IMG/VR virus record: IMGVR_UViG_3300028024_000012
Span: 1-56,980 of that record
Origin: a virus
Taxonomy: Duplodnaviria; Caudoviricetes
Length of the DNA stretch: 56,980 nt
Strand: one strand, 5' to 3'
The translations under genes and the position numbers were made by a program. The notes under the pieces were generated by a model. That model had not been told where the DNA came from and did no database searches. It saw nothing but the letters and a program-made list of their open reading frames with translations. Shown here piece after piece: positions 7,390-16,288 of this stretch. Each line of letters opens with the position of its first letter. The stretch's first letter is position 1.

Positions 7390-9005
7390 CCCTTGGCTAT
7401 CAGGGAAGCCTTTGCAGCCGCGCCGACGGAGCCGGGTGCAGCGCTCGTACCGCCGCTCAGATCACAATAGCCGTTGATCGCGCCAGCGCCGTCAAGACTG
7501 CCCAGAATGGCATCGACGACATTCTCCGGAAGGGCCGCACCGGTGCATTCGCAATAAGTGAGCGTGGGGGTGGGCGGAATCACCAGACCAGTCGTAGATG
7601 TTGCTTCCTGCCAACTGAGCCATGCGAGGCCAGCGAATTGATGCAGGTCGAGATTCAAACCGTTCGTTCTGCTGAGGGTGAACTCAATGTCCGACGCCGT
7701 TGAAACCGCCGGCAAATTGAGCGTTTGCAAACCACCGGCTTGATACAGGCCCAGACCTTGAAGCCCCGATGCTGCGCTGATATCGATAGACTCCAGCATT
7801 TCATCAGCGTCGTCAAACTGGACGTTGAACAGCTGCAACGCCGGCGACGTCGACAGGGCTATCGAGGTGAGACCGTCATTTCCTCCGGCATGGCGAAAGA
7901 ACTCCACCAGACCAACCAAACCGGACAGCTCAACCGATGTCAGATTTGGACAACCGCTGATCTCAAGCGATTGGAGGTCGGATAAGTTGCCGAGCGTCAG
8001 AGTCGACAGCGTCGCTTGATAATTGCCGTCGAACAGGGAAAATTCTGTCAATTGGGTGAGTGCCGACAGATCCAATTCAGGTTGAAAGTAGGACCAGAGG
8101 TAAAGGTATTGGAGCCCTGTGCAATCGGTGAGGTCGAGGCTCGTGACATCGACATTTCCGAGGTCGAGATTGACGATGGCCGTGTCACCACTCACATCAA
8201 GACTGAACGCGCCATTGCCTGAAAATAGATAGATGTTGGTCAGAGACGTGCACCCTGACAGATTGATGGATGCCTCGGCTTGCTGCTGGTCTACCCAGAA
8301 CGAGACCAGGTTGGGACAATCGGACAGATCATATGATGTAAATGCCGCGTTCGACATGCCCCAAAATTGGATACCCGAATCACCGGACCGGCTATAATTG
8401 TGGCCCGCTGTCGCGCCCGTCCCATCAGTGAAATAGAACAGGCTTTCGCCACTGCCCGGCCCACGCACATTCACTGCATCAGCGATATCATCAACGAACC
8501 CTGCGATGCCGACATATTTGCCGGTCGCCGGCTTCACGCCGCCGCCGCCCGCCCAGTCCGCGATCTGCTGCACCCGTCGCTCACCATCAGCGACCAGGGC
8601 GAAGACCGGAGACCAGCCATTGACGCCGTTATCGCCTGCCGCGCCATCGGCGCCCGGATCGCCCTGGTCGCCTTTGTCACCCTTGGCGCCAGGTGCGCCA
8701 GCGGCGCCGGGTGCACCGTCCGCGCCAGGGAGGCCCTGTGCGCCTTGCTCACCCTGATCTCCCCTGTCGCCCTTCTCACCGGTTGCACCATTGGCACCGG
8801 GCTCGCCTTGATCGCCTTTTTCACCACGTTCACCTGGCACACCGGCCGCACCAGGCAGACCCTGTTCGCCGGGATCACCCTTGGCGCCAGGCGCGCCATC
8901 GGCACCGGGAATGCCGGGATCCCCCTTTTCGCCCCGCAAACCGCGCCGCAATTCGACCGTTCGCGAAACCTTCCTTTGAACCACGACGACGATGTTGCCG
9001 CTCAT
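7368..9005 (-). CDS. Collagen-like + leucine-rich-repeat tail fibre/adhesin
   Basis: About 35 Gly-X-Y triplets, then LxxLxLxx/DLSxCxxL repeats. Confidence 0.85.
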   Translation of the reverse strand: MSGNIVVVVQRKVSRTVELRRGLRGEKGDPGIPGADGAPGAKGDPGEQGLPGAAGVPGERGEKGDQGEPGANGATGEKGDRGDQGEQGAQGLPGADGAPGAAGAPGAKGDKGDQGDPGADGAAGDNGVNGWSPVFALVADGERRVQQIADWAGGGGVKPATGKYVGIAGFVDDIADAVNVRGPGSGESLFYFTDGTGATAGHNYSRSGDSGIQFWGMSNAAFTSYDLSDCPNLVSFWVDQQQAEASINLSGCTSLTNIYLFSGNGAFSLDVSGDTAIVNLDLGNVDVTSLDLTDCTGLQYLYLWSYFQPELDLSALTQLTEFSLFDGNYQATLSTLTLGNLSDLQSLEISGCPNLTSVELSGLVGLVEFFRHAGGNDGLTSIALSTSPALQLFNVQFDDADEMLESIDISAASGLQGLGLYQAGGLQTLNLPAVSTASDIEFTLSRTNGLNLDLHQFAGLAWLSWQEATSTTGLVIPPTPTLTYCECTGAALPENVVDAILGSLDGAGAINGYCDLSGGTSAAPGSVGAAAKASLIAKGWDVTTN

Positions 9006-9412
9006 CGCGTGACCTCCGCCGTCACGACGAAGAAGCCCCGCAACAGCGTGATCACCGCGCCGTCCGGGGCTGTCACTTCGAGGTCATAGACATAGTTGGA
9101 AACCACGGGAAAGCCGAAAGCCAGGCATGAGGCCGCGCGATCGATGTCGGATAGCGCAACCAAGCCACGTGTCTCTGCCGCCGACAGCGCCAGGCTGATC
9201 GTGCCCGTCGCGCCGCCCAGCGTGATCTTGCCATTGGCGGTCGACAGTTCCAGCAGGACGTCCGGCGATTGGAGCATGCTGCGGATCTGCATGCGCGCCG
9301 AATAACCGGTGAGGTCGAAGAGCGGCCCAGTTTCGGTGTCCTGATAGAGCAACAGGTCCTGATCGAAGCTGTCGCCCTGCTGGCAGTCCAGATTTTGCAG
9401 CGCCGGTGTCAT
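9002..9412 (-). CDS. Fibre-adaptor protein (BppU N-terminal-like)
   Basis: QGDSF...FDLTGYSARMQIR...YVYDLEV...LLRG pattern. Confidence 0.7.
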   Translation of the reverse strand: MTPALQNLDCQQGDSFDQDLLLYQDTETGPLFDLTGYSARMQIRSMLQSPDVLLELSTANGKITLGGATGTISLALSAAETRGLVALSDIDRAASCLAFGFPVVSNYVYDLEVTAPDGAVITLLRGFFVVTAEVTR

Positions 9413-9417
9413 ACAGA

Positions 9418-10059
9418 TCAGCCTTCCGCCGGCGGCTGCAGCGCGGCGGCGAAGGCCGCATCGATCGCCGCCGCCGTCGTCAGCTCCCCGCTGCCGATCC
9501 GCGCATCGATCGCTGCTTCGGCGGTGAAGCAGGACTGCACATGCGCGGCAACGGCGGTGAAGATACCGGTGATCTGCTCCTGGCCAAGCTCCACCCAGCC
9601 CTCCCCCGCCTTGAACTTGATGGTGAGGGTCTGGTTTGCGTCGAGATAGGCCTTGGTGCCGTTGATCAGTGCCTTGGACCGGTCATCGGTCGCGATCTGC
9701 ACGCCGCCAACCGTGATGCCGCCGGTCTCGATCTCCCACCGCTTATTGGCGGCATAGGCCAGGAGCTGATCCTGCGGCAGCGTGGGATTCGCAGCGTCGG
9801 CGATCTCCTGCGGCGTCAGCGGCCGGCTGGTCCAATGCCGCCGGACCACGCTGTCCAGCTTCTCATAGGTCTCACCCGTGACCAGGAAGGCCGCCGGGTC
9901 GGGTAACTCATCGCTTTCCATCGACCAGATGCCAAGCGCCAGGCGATCGGCGGTCGGCAGTGCATATGCCGCCAGCGACACCGGGGCACCCCGATCGTTG
10001 ACGAATTCGACGGGTACCAGCGAGGTGATCGCCGCGCCTTGTGCATCGAGATAGTACAT
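9418..10059 (-). CDS. DUF4376-type tail fibre assembly protein
   Basis: KRWEIETGGITVGG...TDDRS...HVQSCF pattern. Confidence 0.8.
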   Translation of the reverse strand: MYYLDAQGAAITSLVPVEFVNDRGAPVSLAAYALPTADRLALGIWSMESDELPDPAAFLVTGETYEKLDSVVRRHWTSRPLTPQEIADAANPTLPQDQLLAYAANKRWEIETGGITVGGVQIATDDRSKALINGTKAYLDANQTLTIKFKAGEGWVELGQEQITGIFTAVAAHVQSCFTAEAAIDARIGSGELTTAAAIDAAFAAALQPPAEG

Positions 10060-10068
10060 GTCAGTTCC

Positions 10069-11049
10069 TTATCCTTGGATGACCGCGACGGAATACGTGC
10101 TCGATGGAAAGAATGTGGTGACAGAGCCTGCGGCGTTGTTTCCGAAGACCGTAACGTAGTGATAGCCCTCGGACAGGCCAGGAATTGGTGCGCCAACATA
10201 TCCGCCGTTGGTTTGTGCGGCTGACGTGGTGGTACCACCGCTTCGTCCGGTCGATGCACCATCGACATAAAGAAACGTGTTGATCGACGACTGGGCAACC
10301 GGGTTGGCGGCATAACCGATTGCCAGATAGGGAATTGTGTCCGCCCAGAGGATGAATTCCGACCGAAGTTCGGTATGCAGTTCCACTGCCGTCGTACTCG
10401 ACAGTGTTCGATTTGCAGTTGCAACCGCAGAAATACCCTTTGGGCGCCGATTGAACCACGAGAGCACAAAGCATTGTGTCGCGCTATCGACCCAGGCCGG
10501 ACCGGCGCCGGGCCGGGCCATGCCGACCAATGTGCGCGTGGGATCGGCGCTCTTGATCGGAATGCCGGTGCCCGGCTGGATCGTATAGGCCGTGGTCGAG
10601 GCTTCCAGAGTCAGCACGCCAGCCGCCATATAGGCATAGATGTAATAGGTGGTGCCGGGGGTAAGGCCGGCCGGGGGCAGCGTCACGCCGGCAGCGGGGA
10701 TGATGGCATTGGCGCCGTTGATCCGCAGCCGGTTACCGTCATGCGGCGACAGCAGCAGATTCGCACCGGACTTGCTGAGATAGCATTGGCCGATCTCGCT
10801 GGCTGCTGCCGAGGCGATTAGCAGCTGGATCGCCGCGAACATCTGCTTGTCATCGGCCGGATTGAGCGCCATGGCCGCGCCTTCGATGACGCCCGCAATC
10901 TCTTCCTGCACGCGATTGAGGAATTCCGGCGTGCAGATCGTGCCGGCATGGCCGGCATTGGCGTCGCAACCCGTGAAGAAACCGGGCGTGCCGCCGGCCG
11001 GATAGTCCGGCTTGACGACGACGGCGGAGGAATCATCAATGCGATACAT
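10069..11049 (-). CDS. Tail fibre protein
   Basis: MYRID...GFFT...FLNRVQEEI N-terminus typical of Mu-like fibres. Confidence 0.8.
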   Translation of the reverse strand: MYRIDDSSAVVVKPDYPAGGTPGFFTGCDANAGHAGTICTPEFLNRVQEEIAGVIEGAAMALNPADDKQMFAAIQLLIASAAASEIGQCYLSKSGANLLLSPHDGNRLRINGANAIIPAAGVTLPPAGLTPGTTYYIYAYMAAGVLTLEASTTAYTIQPGTGIPIKSADPTRTLVGMARPGAGPAWVDSATQCFVLSWFNRRPKGISAVATANRTLSSTTAVELHTELRSEFILWADTIPYLAIGYAANPVAQSSINTFLYVDGASTGRSGGTTTSAAQTNGGYVGAPIPGLSEGYHYVTVFGNNAAGSVTTFFPSSTYSVAVIQG

Positions 11050-11052
11050 GCA

Positions 11053-11664
11053 TCACTCCAGTTCGAAGGTGACAATGGTATGGGCGGGGGCGGCGCGCAG
11101 GATGACGCAGCGCAGGACATCGAAATTCGGGATGGTGCAAAGCGGGTCGCCGGCGGCGAAGCACCCGGCCCTGGCCGGACTTACCGTCAGGCCCAGCACC
11201 TTGACGGTCCACCAATAGGGACAGGACCCGACCCTCATGCAGCCCGCCCGGGCGATCCCCACCCGGGACGGAAAGTGCTCGATGATCTCGATCTCGAATC
11301 CGGCCTGTTCGGCGATCGCGATGTAATAGGCCTTGGTCTGGCCGCCCCGGGCCGCCAGTTTCAGGCAGACCGCGCGCTGCCGCTCGGCCAAGGATTGGGC
11401 AGGAGGCGTGCATTCATCCGGCAGGCCGAGGACGCGCTCCCAATCGGGCAGCATTTCGATAGCCGTGCAGGGAAAGCTTTCCCGGTTCAGCAGATCGCAG
11501 CCGCGGGCATGCTGCCGCTCCATCTGGTCGCCGACGACCGACCAGTATTTGCTGAGCACCGTGCCGTCCTGGCGCGGCCAGGCCAGGCCCTGGGGCAACA
11601 GGTCGAGCGCCTGCTGCGTGAAGTCTTCCGCCGTCAGGCCGCAGAGCGCCTCGATTACCGCCAC
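11053..11664 (-). CDS. Baseplate wedge protein, YmfQ/DUF2313 (Mu gp48-like)
   Basis: LLPQGLAW, LPDWERVLGLP, PAHT motifs. Confidence 0.88.
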   Translation of the reverse strand: MAVIEALCGLTAEDFTQQALDLLPQGLAWPRQDGTVLSKYWSVVGDQMERQHARGCDLLNRESFPCTAIEMLPDWERVLGLPDECTPPAQSLAERQRAVCLKLAARGGQTKAYYIAIAEQAGFEIEIIEHFPSRVGIARAGCMRVGSCPYWWTVKVLGLTVSPARAGCFAAGDPLCTIPNFDVLRCVILRAAPAHTIVTFELE

Positions 11665-11676
11665 GATGCCGCCCCG

Positions 11677-12762
11677 TCAGACGAAGGTGACGGTGCCGAG
11701 CACCGGAATCTGCCCGACGCCCATCACGACGTCGGCGGCCGGCGCCTGGATCGTGTGGCTGCGCTCGCCCGAGGCCGTCGAAACCGCCGCCCAGAGCCAG
11801 GACTGGAAGATGGTGCCGCCCGGCACGGCATCGCGCAGGAACTCGTCCTTCAATTCGGCGATGACGGCGGCCTGAACCAATGCCGTGTTGGGTTGCAGAT
11901 TGGCGATCGTGATATCGACGGGCACGGCGACGGGCGCCGCGACATAAAGCTGCGCCGTCACGGGACGCAACGGCTCCAGATGCTGATAGACCGCCAGCAG
12001 GTCATCGCTATAGGCCGGCGCCGGATCGCCCTGGGGGATGCCGTCATGGTCGGCGCGGACGTCGTCCATCATGAAGCGCACCAGCACGGTCCCGCCGCCC
12101 AGTTCGTTGCCGGAGACCCAGACGCGGGTCACGCCAGGGACTTCGAGGGCCCAGCGGAAATAGTCGTCGCGATTGCCGCCATGGGCCGGCTTCTGGATTT
12201 CGAACAGCAGCCGATCCAAGAGTTCCGGATCGCTTTCCTCATCGGCGCCGCCCGCCATCTCGCCCTGCAGCGTCGCCGTCGAGACGACGCCGGGCACCGC
12301 ATTGACGAGATTCACAATCACGCCGCTGAGATTGTTGGCATCGGCGCCGGCATCGACCGCTTCGGCCGCGACGATGGCCTGGCCGCCGGCGATCAACCCG
12401 GCCGCTATGGTCCGATACGATGCCTGCAGATTGCCGCTTTGCACCACCGTGCCGATCGGTACCGGCGCGCCATCGGTGCCGGTGAACCTGATCGACCCCG
12501 TCGCCCGGGTGGCGCCCTTGCGCGTCAGGCCGAAGATGTCGCACCACCGCTCCAGGTATTGCGCCTCGGCCGAATCCGGAATGACCTGCTTCGACACCCA
12601 TTCGATACGGCCATAGGCCATGTGCAGGGCGCCGGAGATAACATCCGCCGAGACCCGGATATTGCTTTGCCGCAGCAGGCTGTCGGCACCCGGCAGACGC
12701 GCGGTGAAATCCTGGCGTGTCGAGTCGCGGAGCGCGCTGAGGGTCGGACGGTCAAACGGCAT
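11677..12762 (-). CDS. Baseplate J-like protein (Mu gp47)
   Basis: MPFDRPTL, GGADEESD, PAHGG...DY..WALEVPGV. Confidence 0.92.
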   Translation of the reverse strand: MPFDRPTLSALRDSTRQDFTARLPGADSLLRQSNIRVSADVISGALHMAYGRIEWVSKQVIPDSAEAQYLERWCDIFGLTRKGATRATGSIRFTGTDGAPVPIGTVVQSGNLQASYRTIAAGLIAGGQAIVAAEAVDAGADANNLSGVIVNLVNAVPGVVSTATLQGEMAGGADEESDPELLDRLLFEIQKPAHGGNRDDYFRWALEVPGVTRVWVSGNELGGGTVLVRFMMDDVRADHDGIPQGDPAPAYSDDLLAVYQHLEPLRPVTAQLYVAAPVAVPVDITIANLQPNTALVQAAVIAELKDEFLRDAVPGGTIFQSWLWAAVSTASGERSHTIQAPAADVVMGVGQIPVLGTVTFV

Positions 12763-13231
12763 TCTGCGCCCCAATCTGCTGCCAGGCCCAGTCGTAGCGC
12801 TGGTCCACCACCCGGCCGTCATTGCGGTAAATCGTGATCACCAAGTCGAGCCGATCCATGGCCTGGATATTCCACTCGGCCGAGACGTCGATGCGCTGGG
12901 CGACGCCGTCAGCGATCAGCCACTGCAAGGCTTCCTCGGCGTAGAATTCCGCCCGCTGCCGCGTGGCCTCGGTCCGCTTCTCCCGCGTGAGCAGCCAGAG
13001 CCGCGAGCCGATCGGCCCGTCGCTGTCGTTATCGGCCCACCAGCCGCGGCGATCCGGCGGCGTCGCACCCGTCGCATCGGGAATCACGTCATCGGCGGCG
13101 GCCAGACGGTCGCTGAACAGCGAAATGATGACGGCCGTCTTCAGATCGGCATCGGATTCCAGCGATGGCGGCGCAAGCATCCAGTCGCCCGACAAGTTGT
13201 CCGGCGACCAGACATGGACGAAATCGGTCAT
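12752..13231 (-). CDS. Mu gp46-like baseplate protein
   Basis: AVIISLFSD, RRGWWAD, IGSRLWLL, EALQWLI. Confidence 0.92.
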   Translation of the reverse strand: MTDFVHVWSPDNLSGDWMLAPPSLESDADLKTAVIISLFSDRLAAADDVIPDATGATPPDRRGWWADNDSDGPIGSRLWLLTREKRTEATRQRAEFYAEEALQWLIADGVAQRIDVSAEWNIQAMDRLDLVITIYRNDGRVVDQRYDWAWQQIGAQNAV

Positions 13232-13243
13232 GGGATGCCTTCG

Positions 13244-13522
13244 TTAAGGGCCGATGCGATACCAGGGGCGGCCGGTCGTTGCATGGCCGCAGGCGGCGTG
13301 ATGGCCGGCGTGACAGACCGGGATGCCGCCGACCCGATGCCAGCCCGAGCCCTCGACCATGGGCGGCGGCGGCGAATGTGGCGGCGGGCCGTGAGCCTCG
13401 ACCAGATCGCCGATCACCACGACGGGCTGACCCTCGATTCGGTACCAGGTGTTGACTTCGGTCTGCTGCGCGCCGCCGGCGGAATCAAGCTGATGCACCG
13501 CCACACCGAAAGTATCTGTCAT
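13244..13522 (-). CDS. PAAR-like spike tip protein
   Basis: G.PVVVIGD / G.PVCHAGH..CGH repeats, follows spike gene. Confidence 0.7.
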   Translation of the reverse strand: MTDTFGVAVHQLDSAGGAQQTEVNTWYRIEGQPVVVIGDLVEAHGPPPHSPPPPMVEGSGWHRVGGIPVCHAGHHAACGHATTGRPWYRIGP

Positions 13523-13992
13523 GCCCGTACTGCCTCGTAGTCAGGCGTCACCAACCTGATGCCTTCCGGCGTCATGGTCAGCGTGGATGCACCGGAGCCG
13601 ACATTGATGGTGAACTTCTTGCCGGCATGGACTTCGATCTCCTGCCCGCGCTTGAAGATGATGCGGTGCCCACCTTCCAGCTGGTCCTCATCGGTATAGA
13701 CGGCGACCTCGCCCTGCTCCAAAGCAGTGATCCGGTAACGCCGGTCGTCGATGCAGAGCACCACGCCATGGGAGCGGTTGCCCGACATGAACAGCGCCAC
13801 CGCTTCGGCGCCGGGATGAGGGTGTGCGGTGAAGCCGTAAGCCTGCAGATGCGGAACTTTGTCTTTCGTCTCGTCGCTCATGAGGCGGATCTGCACCGCC
13901 TGGATGCCCGCCCCGTCATTGACGCCGGATAGCACCACGCGGGCGATCATCATCCGGGTGCGCCGGGTCAGGTCCCGTAGCACATCGATCAT
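13519..13992 (-). CDS. Baseplate spike / assembly protein V (Mu gp45)
   Basis: YGFTAHP, GNRSH, DDRRYR, GEVAVY. Confidence 0.92.
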   Translation of the reverse strand: MIDVLRDLTRRTRMMIARVVLSGVNDGAGIQAVQIRLMSDETKDKVPHLQAYGFTAHPHPGAEAVALFMSGNRSHGVVLCIDDRRYRITALEQGEVAVYTDEDQLEGGHRIIFKRGQEIEVHAGKKFTINVGSGASTLTMTPEGIRLVTPDYEAVRA

Positions 13993-15092
13993 TGCTTGCC
14001 GCCTGACTTCAGATCCTGGTCGATGATGTTGTAGAGCCCGGACCCGCCCGACCCTAGGGCCTTGTCCGGGTCGATCGGTTCCGGCGTGAAGGCTTCGGGC
14101 GGCGACAGGCGCATGTCGCAGACTGTGCCGCCGCTATCCAGCTTGTAGGTCAGCCCGGCGATCAGCAGGTCGCGATCGACGCCCAGCCAATCCGAGGTCA
14201 CCCGCACCAGGGTATTCTTGCGCCACAGCGCGCCATTGCCCTGGCGCCAGCCCTGCACGCGGAGATTCACCTCGACGCCCTTGGCCGCGCGGGTCATGTG
14301 TTCCCACCTGGCCCGCTCCGCCGAGGTCGCTGTATCGGCCTGGTCTTCGGCAATGATCAGCTTCGGCCGGTAGCGCGTGACGCCCGGATCCTTGTCGGAA
14401 CCGATCACTTCAGTCGCCGATATCCCCGGGATATCGTCTGACGGAGCCTGTTGGGCTTTGACGATGTAGTCGCTGAAGCGGTCGGCGATGCTGAGATTGG
14501 CGCTGCCGCTGAGGATGTTCCTGCCCTGGGCAAGTGTGTCCGCAGCGCGTTGAGTGCCAACCCGGGTAAGGACGAGATTTCCCCCTTCATCGTCGCTGAC
14601 CAGAAGCGCGCGCAGGCGGGACAGCCTTTCGATGAGTTCAAAGATCGTCTCCCCCTGTTGCACCTGGACGTCCGGAAAGGCGGCGCCGATCGCGGCACCG
14701 ATTTTCACCCCGACATTGACTTGACGGCACAGGGCCTGCGCGATCTGCGCCAGGCTGTAGCCGGAGAACTGGCCGCTCGGCACCACGGCCGAGCAATCGA
14801 CTACGTCGCAGGTCTTCGACCGCCCGATGACCCGCACGTCATGGGCGGTCGCGGCCAATGACGGGCTGTAGGTGTCGACATAGCCGGTGATGACCAGATC
14901 GCCGTCCAGCTGCACCGTGCAGACACTGCCCGGCACGATCACCCAGGGCTTGTCCTGCACCCGTCCGTCGCTGCCGGCCCAGCGTTCGGTCAGGGAAATG
15001 TCGAAATTCGACACCGCCTGGTCGACCGCGGTCGAGACGGAAACCCCGGTCCAGCCCTCGTAACGCTGGCCGTTCACGGTCAAGGTCAGCAT
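13989..15092 (-). CDS. Baseplate hub protein (Mu gp44/P)
   Basis: YEGWT, ITGYVD, GRSKT.DVVDCS, RFSDY, GWRQ. Confidence 0.92.
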   Translation of the reverse strand: MLTLTVNGQRYEGWTGVSVSTAVDQAVSNFDISLTERWAGSDGRVQDKPWVIVPGSVCTVQLDGDLVITGYVDTYSPSLAATAHDVRVIGRSKTCDVVDCSAVVPSGQFSGYSLAQIAQALCRQVNVGVKIGAAIGAAFPDVQVQQGETIFELIERLSRLRALLVSDDEGGNLVLTRVGTQRAADTLAQGRNILSGSANLSIADRFSDYIVKAQQAPSDDIPGISATEVIGSDKDPGVTRYRPKLIIAEDQADTATSAERARWEHMTRAAKGVEVNLRVQGWRQGNGALWRKNTLVRVTSDWLGVDRDLLIAGLTYKLDSGGTVCDMRLSPPEAFTPEPIDPDKALGSGGSGLYNIIDQDLKSGGKQ

Positions 15093-15100
15093 CGCCGGGC

Positions 15101-16288
15101 CTATCGGGACAGAGCTTCGATGGTCACCGGCAGCCAGCCGGGATGCGGCGTGCCGTTGCGGGCCGCGATCTCGCCTTCACGACTGGAATCCTGATAGAGG
15201 CGCTGCGCCAGGACCAGGGCATTCATCGGCCGGCCCAAGCCGCGATAGACGATGCGGGCCAGGCTGGCGCCCCGGGCGGTCAGATCCGTCACGATGGCGG
15301 TCTTCATGTTGCCGGTTGCCGCGAAAACCGCATCATCGCCGCGATCGCCGGCCGAGACGATGACGGATTCCAGGTCATCGGTCATCGCATCACGGGCCGC
15401 GACCGCGTCGTCATAGCTGACGAAGTCGCGTGCCAGCAGCGCGCGGGCCTGTTCCGTGACCGCCAGGCCATGCACCAGGTCGTCGATCGCCGACAGATTC
15501 TCCAACTGGCTGGCGCGGTTGGCAGTCGGCACATAGATGCCGGGCCGTGTGGACGCGAAATCGCCCAGGGATCGTAGCCCGTTCTGGGCGGCCAGGGCAT
15601 CGGCGCTCGATTGGCGGAACAGCGACAGCACCTTGGCGATGGTCACCGGGATATCATCCGACCGGGCGAGATCCGGCGCGGCATCATAGAGCCCGTTGAC
15701 GGCATCGGTGAAGTCGCCCGCCAAAGCGCCGGATGCCGCGCGCCGCAGACCGGTCACCGCGGCGGCCACGTCCTGCAAGGCGGTCGCCGCGCTGTCGATG
15801 ATGTAGTCAGGCATGTTCCTGTGCTTGTAGCGGTCCAGGAAAGAGGCCGCGGCGGCATTGTAATTGAGCGCCGAGGTATCCAGTACCAGGGCCGAGGTAT
15901 TGGCCGTGGCCGCGGGAAAGGCATTGTTGCCGGCCTCGATAAACGAGATCTCGAAGGCGCATTTGCCGCCTTCCTCTTTGGTCTCGTTGGACCGCCAGGA
16001 TGGCACCGCGACCTGCATCTCGCCCATATAGGGATGCACCAGCGTGCCCGGGCCTTCTTCGTCCAGGGCGCGGATCAGCGCATCCCGCGCCGTCATGTAG
16101 TCCGGGCCGAGGACATAGGCGGTGAAGCTGGTCTTTTTCGCCGTGCGTCCCAGATCCTCGACATAGGGCAGGTCGCGCTGCGGATATTCGTGCACCGCCA
16201 GGCGCCGGCCGCCCTCAGTGCCGGTGCTATCGGTGAAGAATTCCACATTGCGGAAGCTGCCCTTGCGCAGCTGATCACGCCAGGCCAT
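15101..16288 (-). CDS. DNA circularization protein (Mu N/gp43-like)
   Basis: WRDQLRKGSFR, HEYPQRD, VEDLGR, GTLVHP. Confidence 0.92.
   Translation of the reverse strand: MAWRDQLRKGSFRNVEFFTDSTGTEGGRRLAVHEYPQRDLPYVEDLGRTAKKTSFTAYVLGPDYMTARDALIRALDEEGPGTLVHPYMGEMQVAVPSWRSNETKEEGGKCAFEISFIEAGNNAFPAATANTSALVLDTSALNYNAAAASFLDRYKHRNMPDYIIDSAATALQDVAAAVTGLRRAASGALAGDFTDAVNGLYDAAPDLARSDDIPVTIAKVLSLFRQSSADALAAQNGLRSLGDFASTRPGIYVPTANRASQLENLSAIDDLVHGLAVTEQARALLARDFVSYDDAVAARDAMTDDLESVIVSAGDRGDDAVFAATGNMKTAIVTDLTARGASLARIVYRGLGRPMNALVLAQRLYQDSSREGEIAARNGTPHPGWLPVTIEALSR

Noticed and set aside
8620-8945. Repetitive DNA as a CRISPR array or VNTR
   Set aside because: Explained by collagen Gly-X-Y codons; no repeat-spacer structure and no cas genes.
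7368-11049. Diversity-generating retroelement or invertible fibre cassette
   Set aside because: No reverse transcriptase, invertase, TR/VR pair or flanking inverted repeats seen.
10948-12837. 629-aa plus-strand ORF
   Set aside because: Antisense shadow of baseplate genes; ends not coupled to any plus-strand gene.
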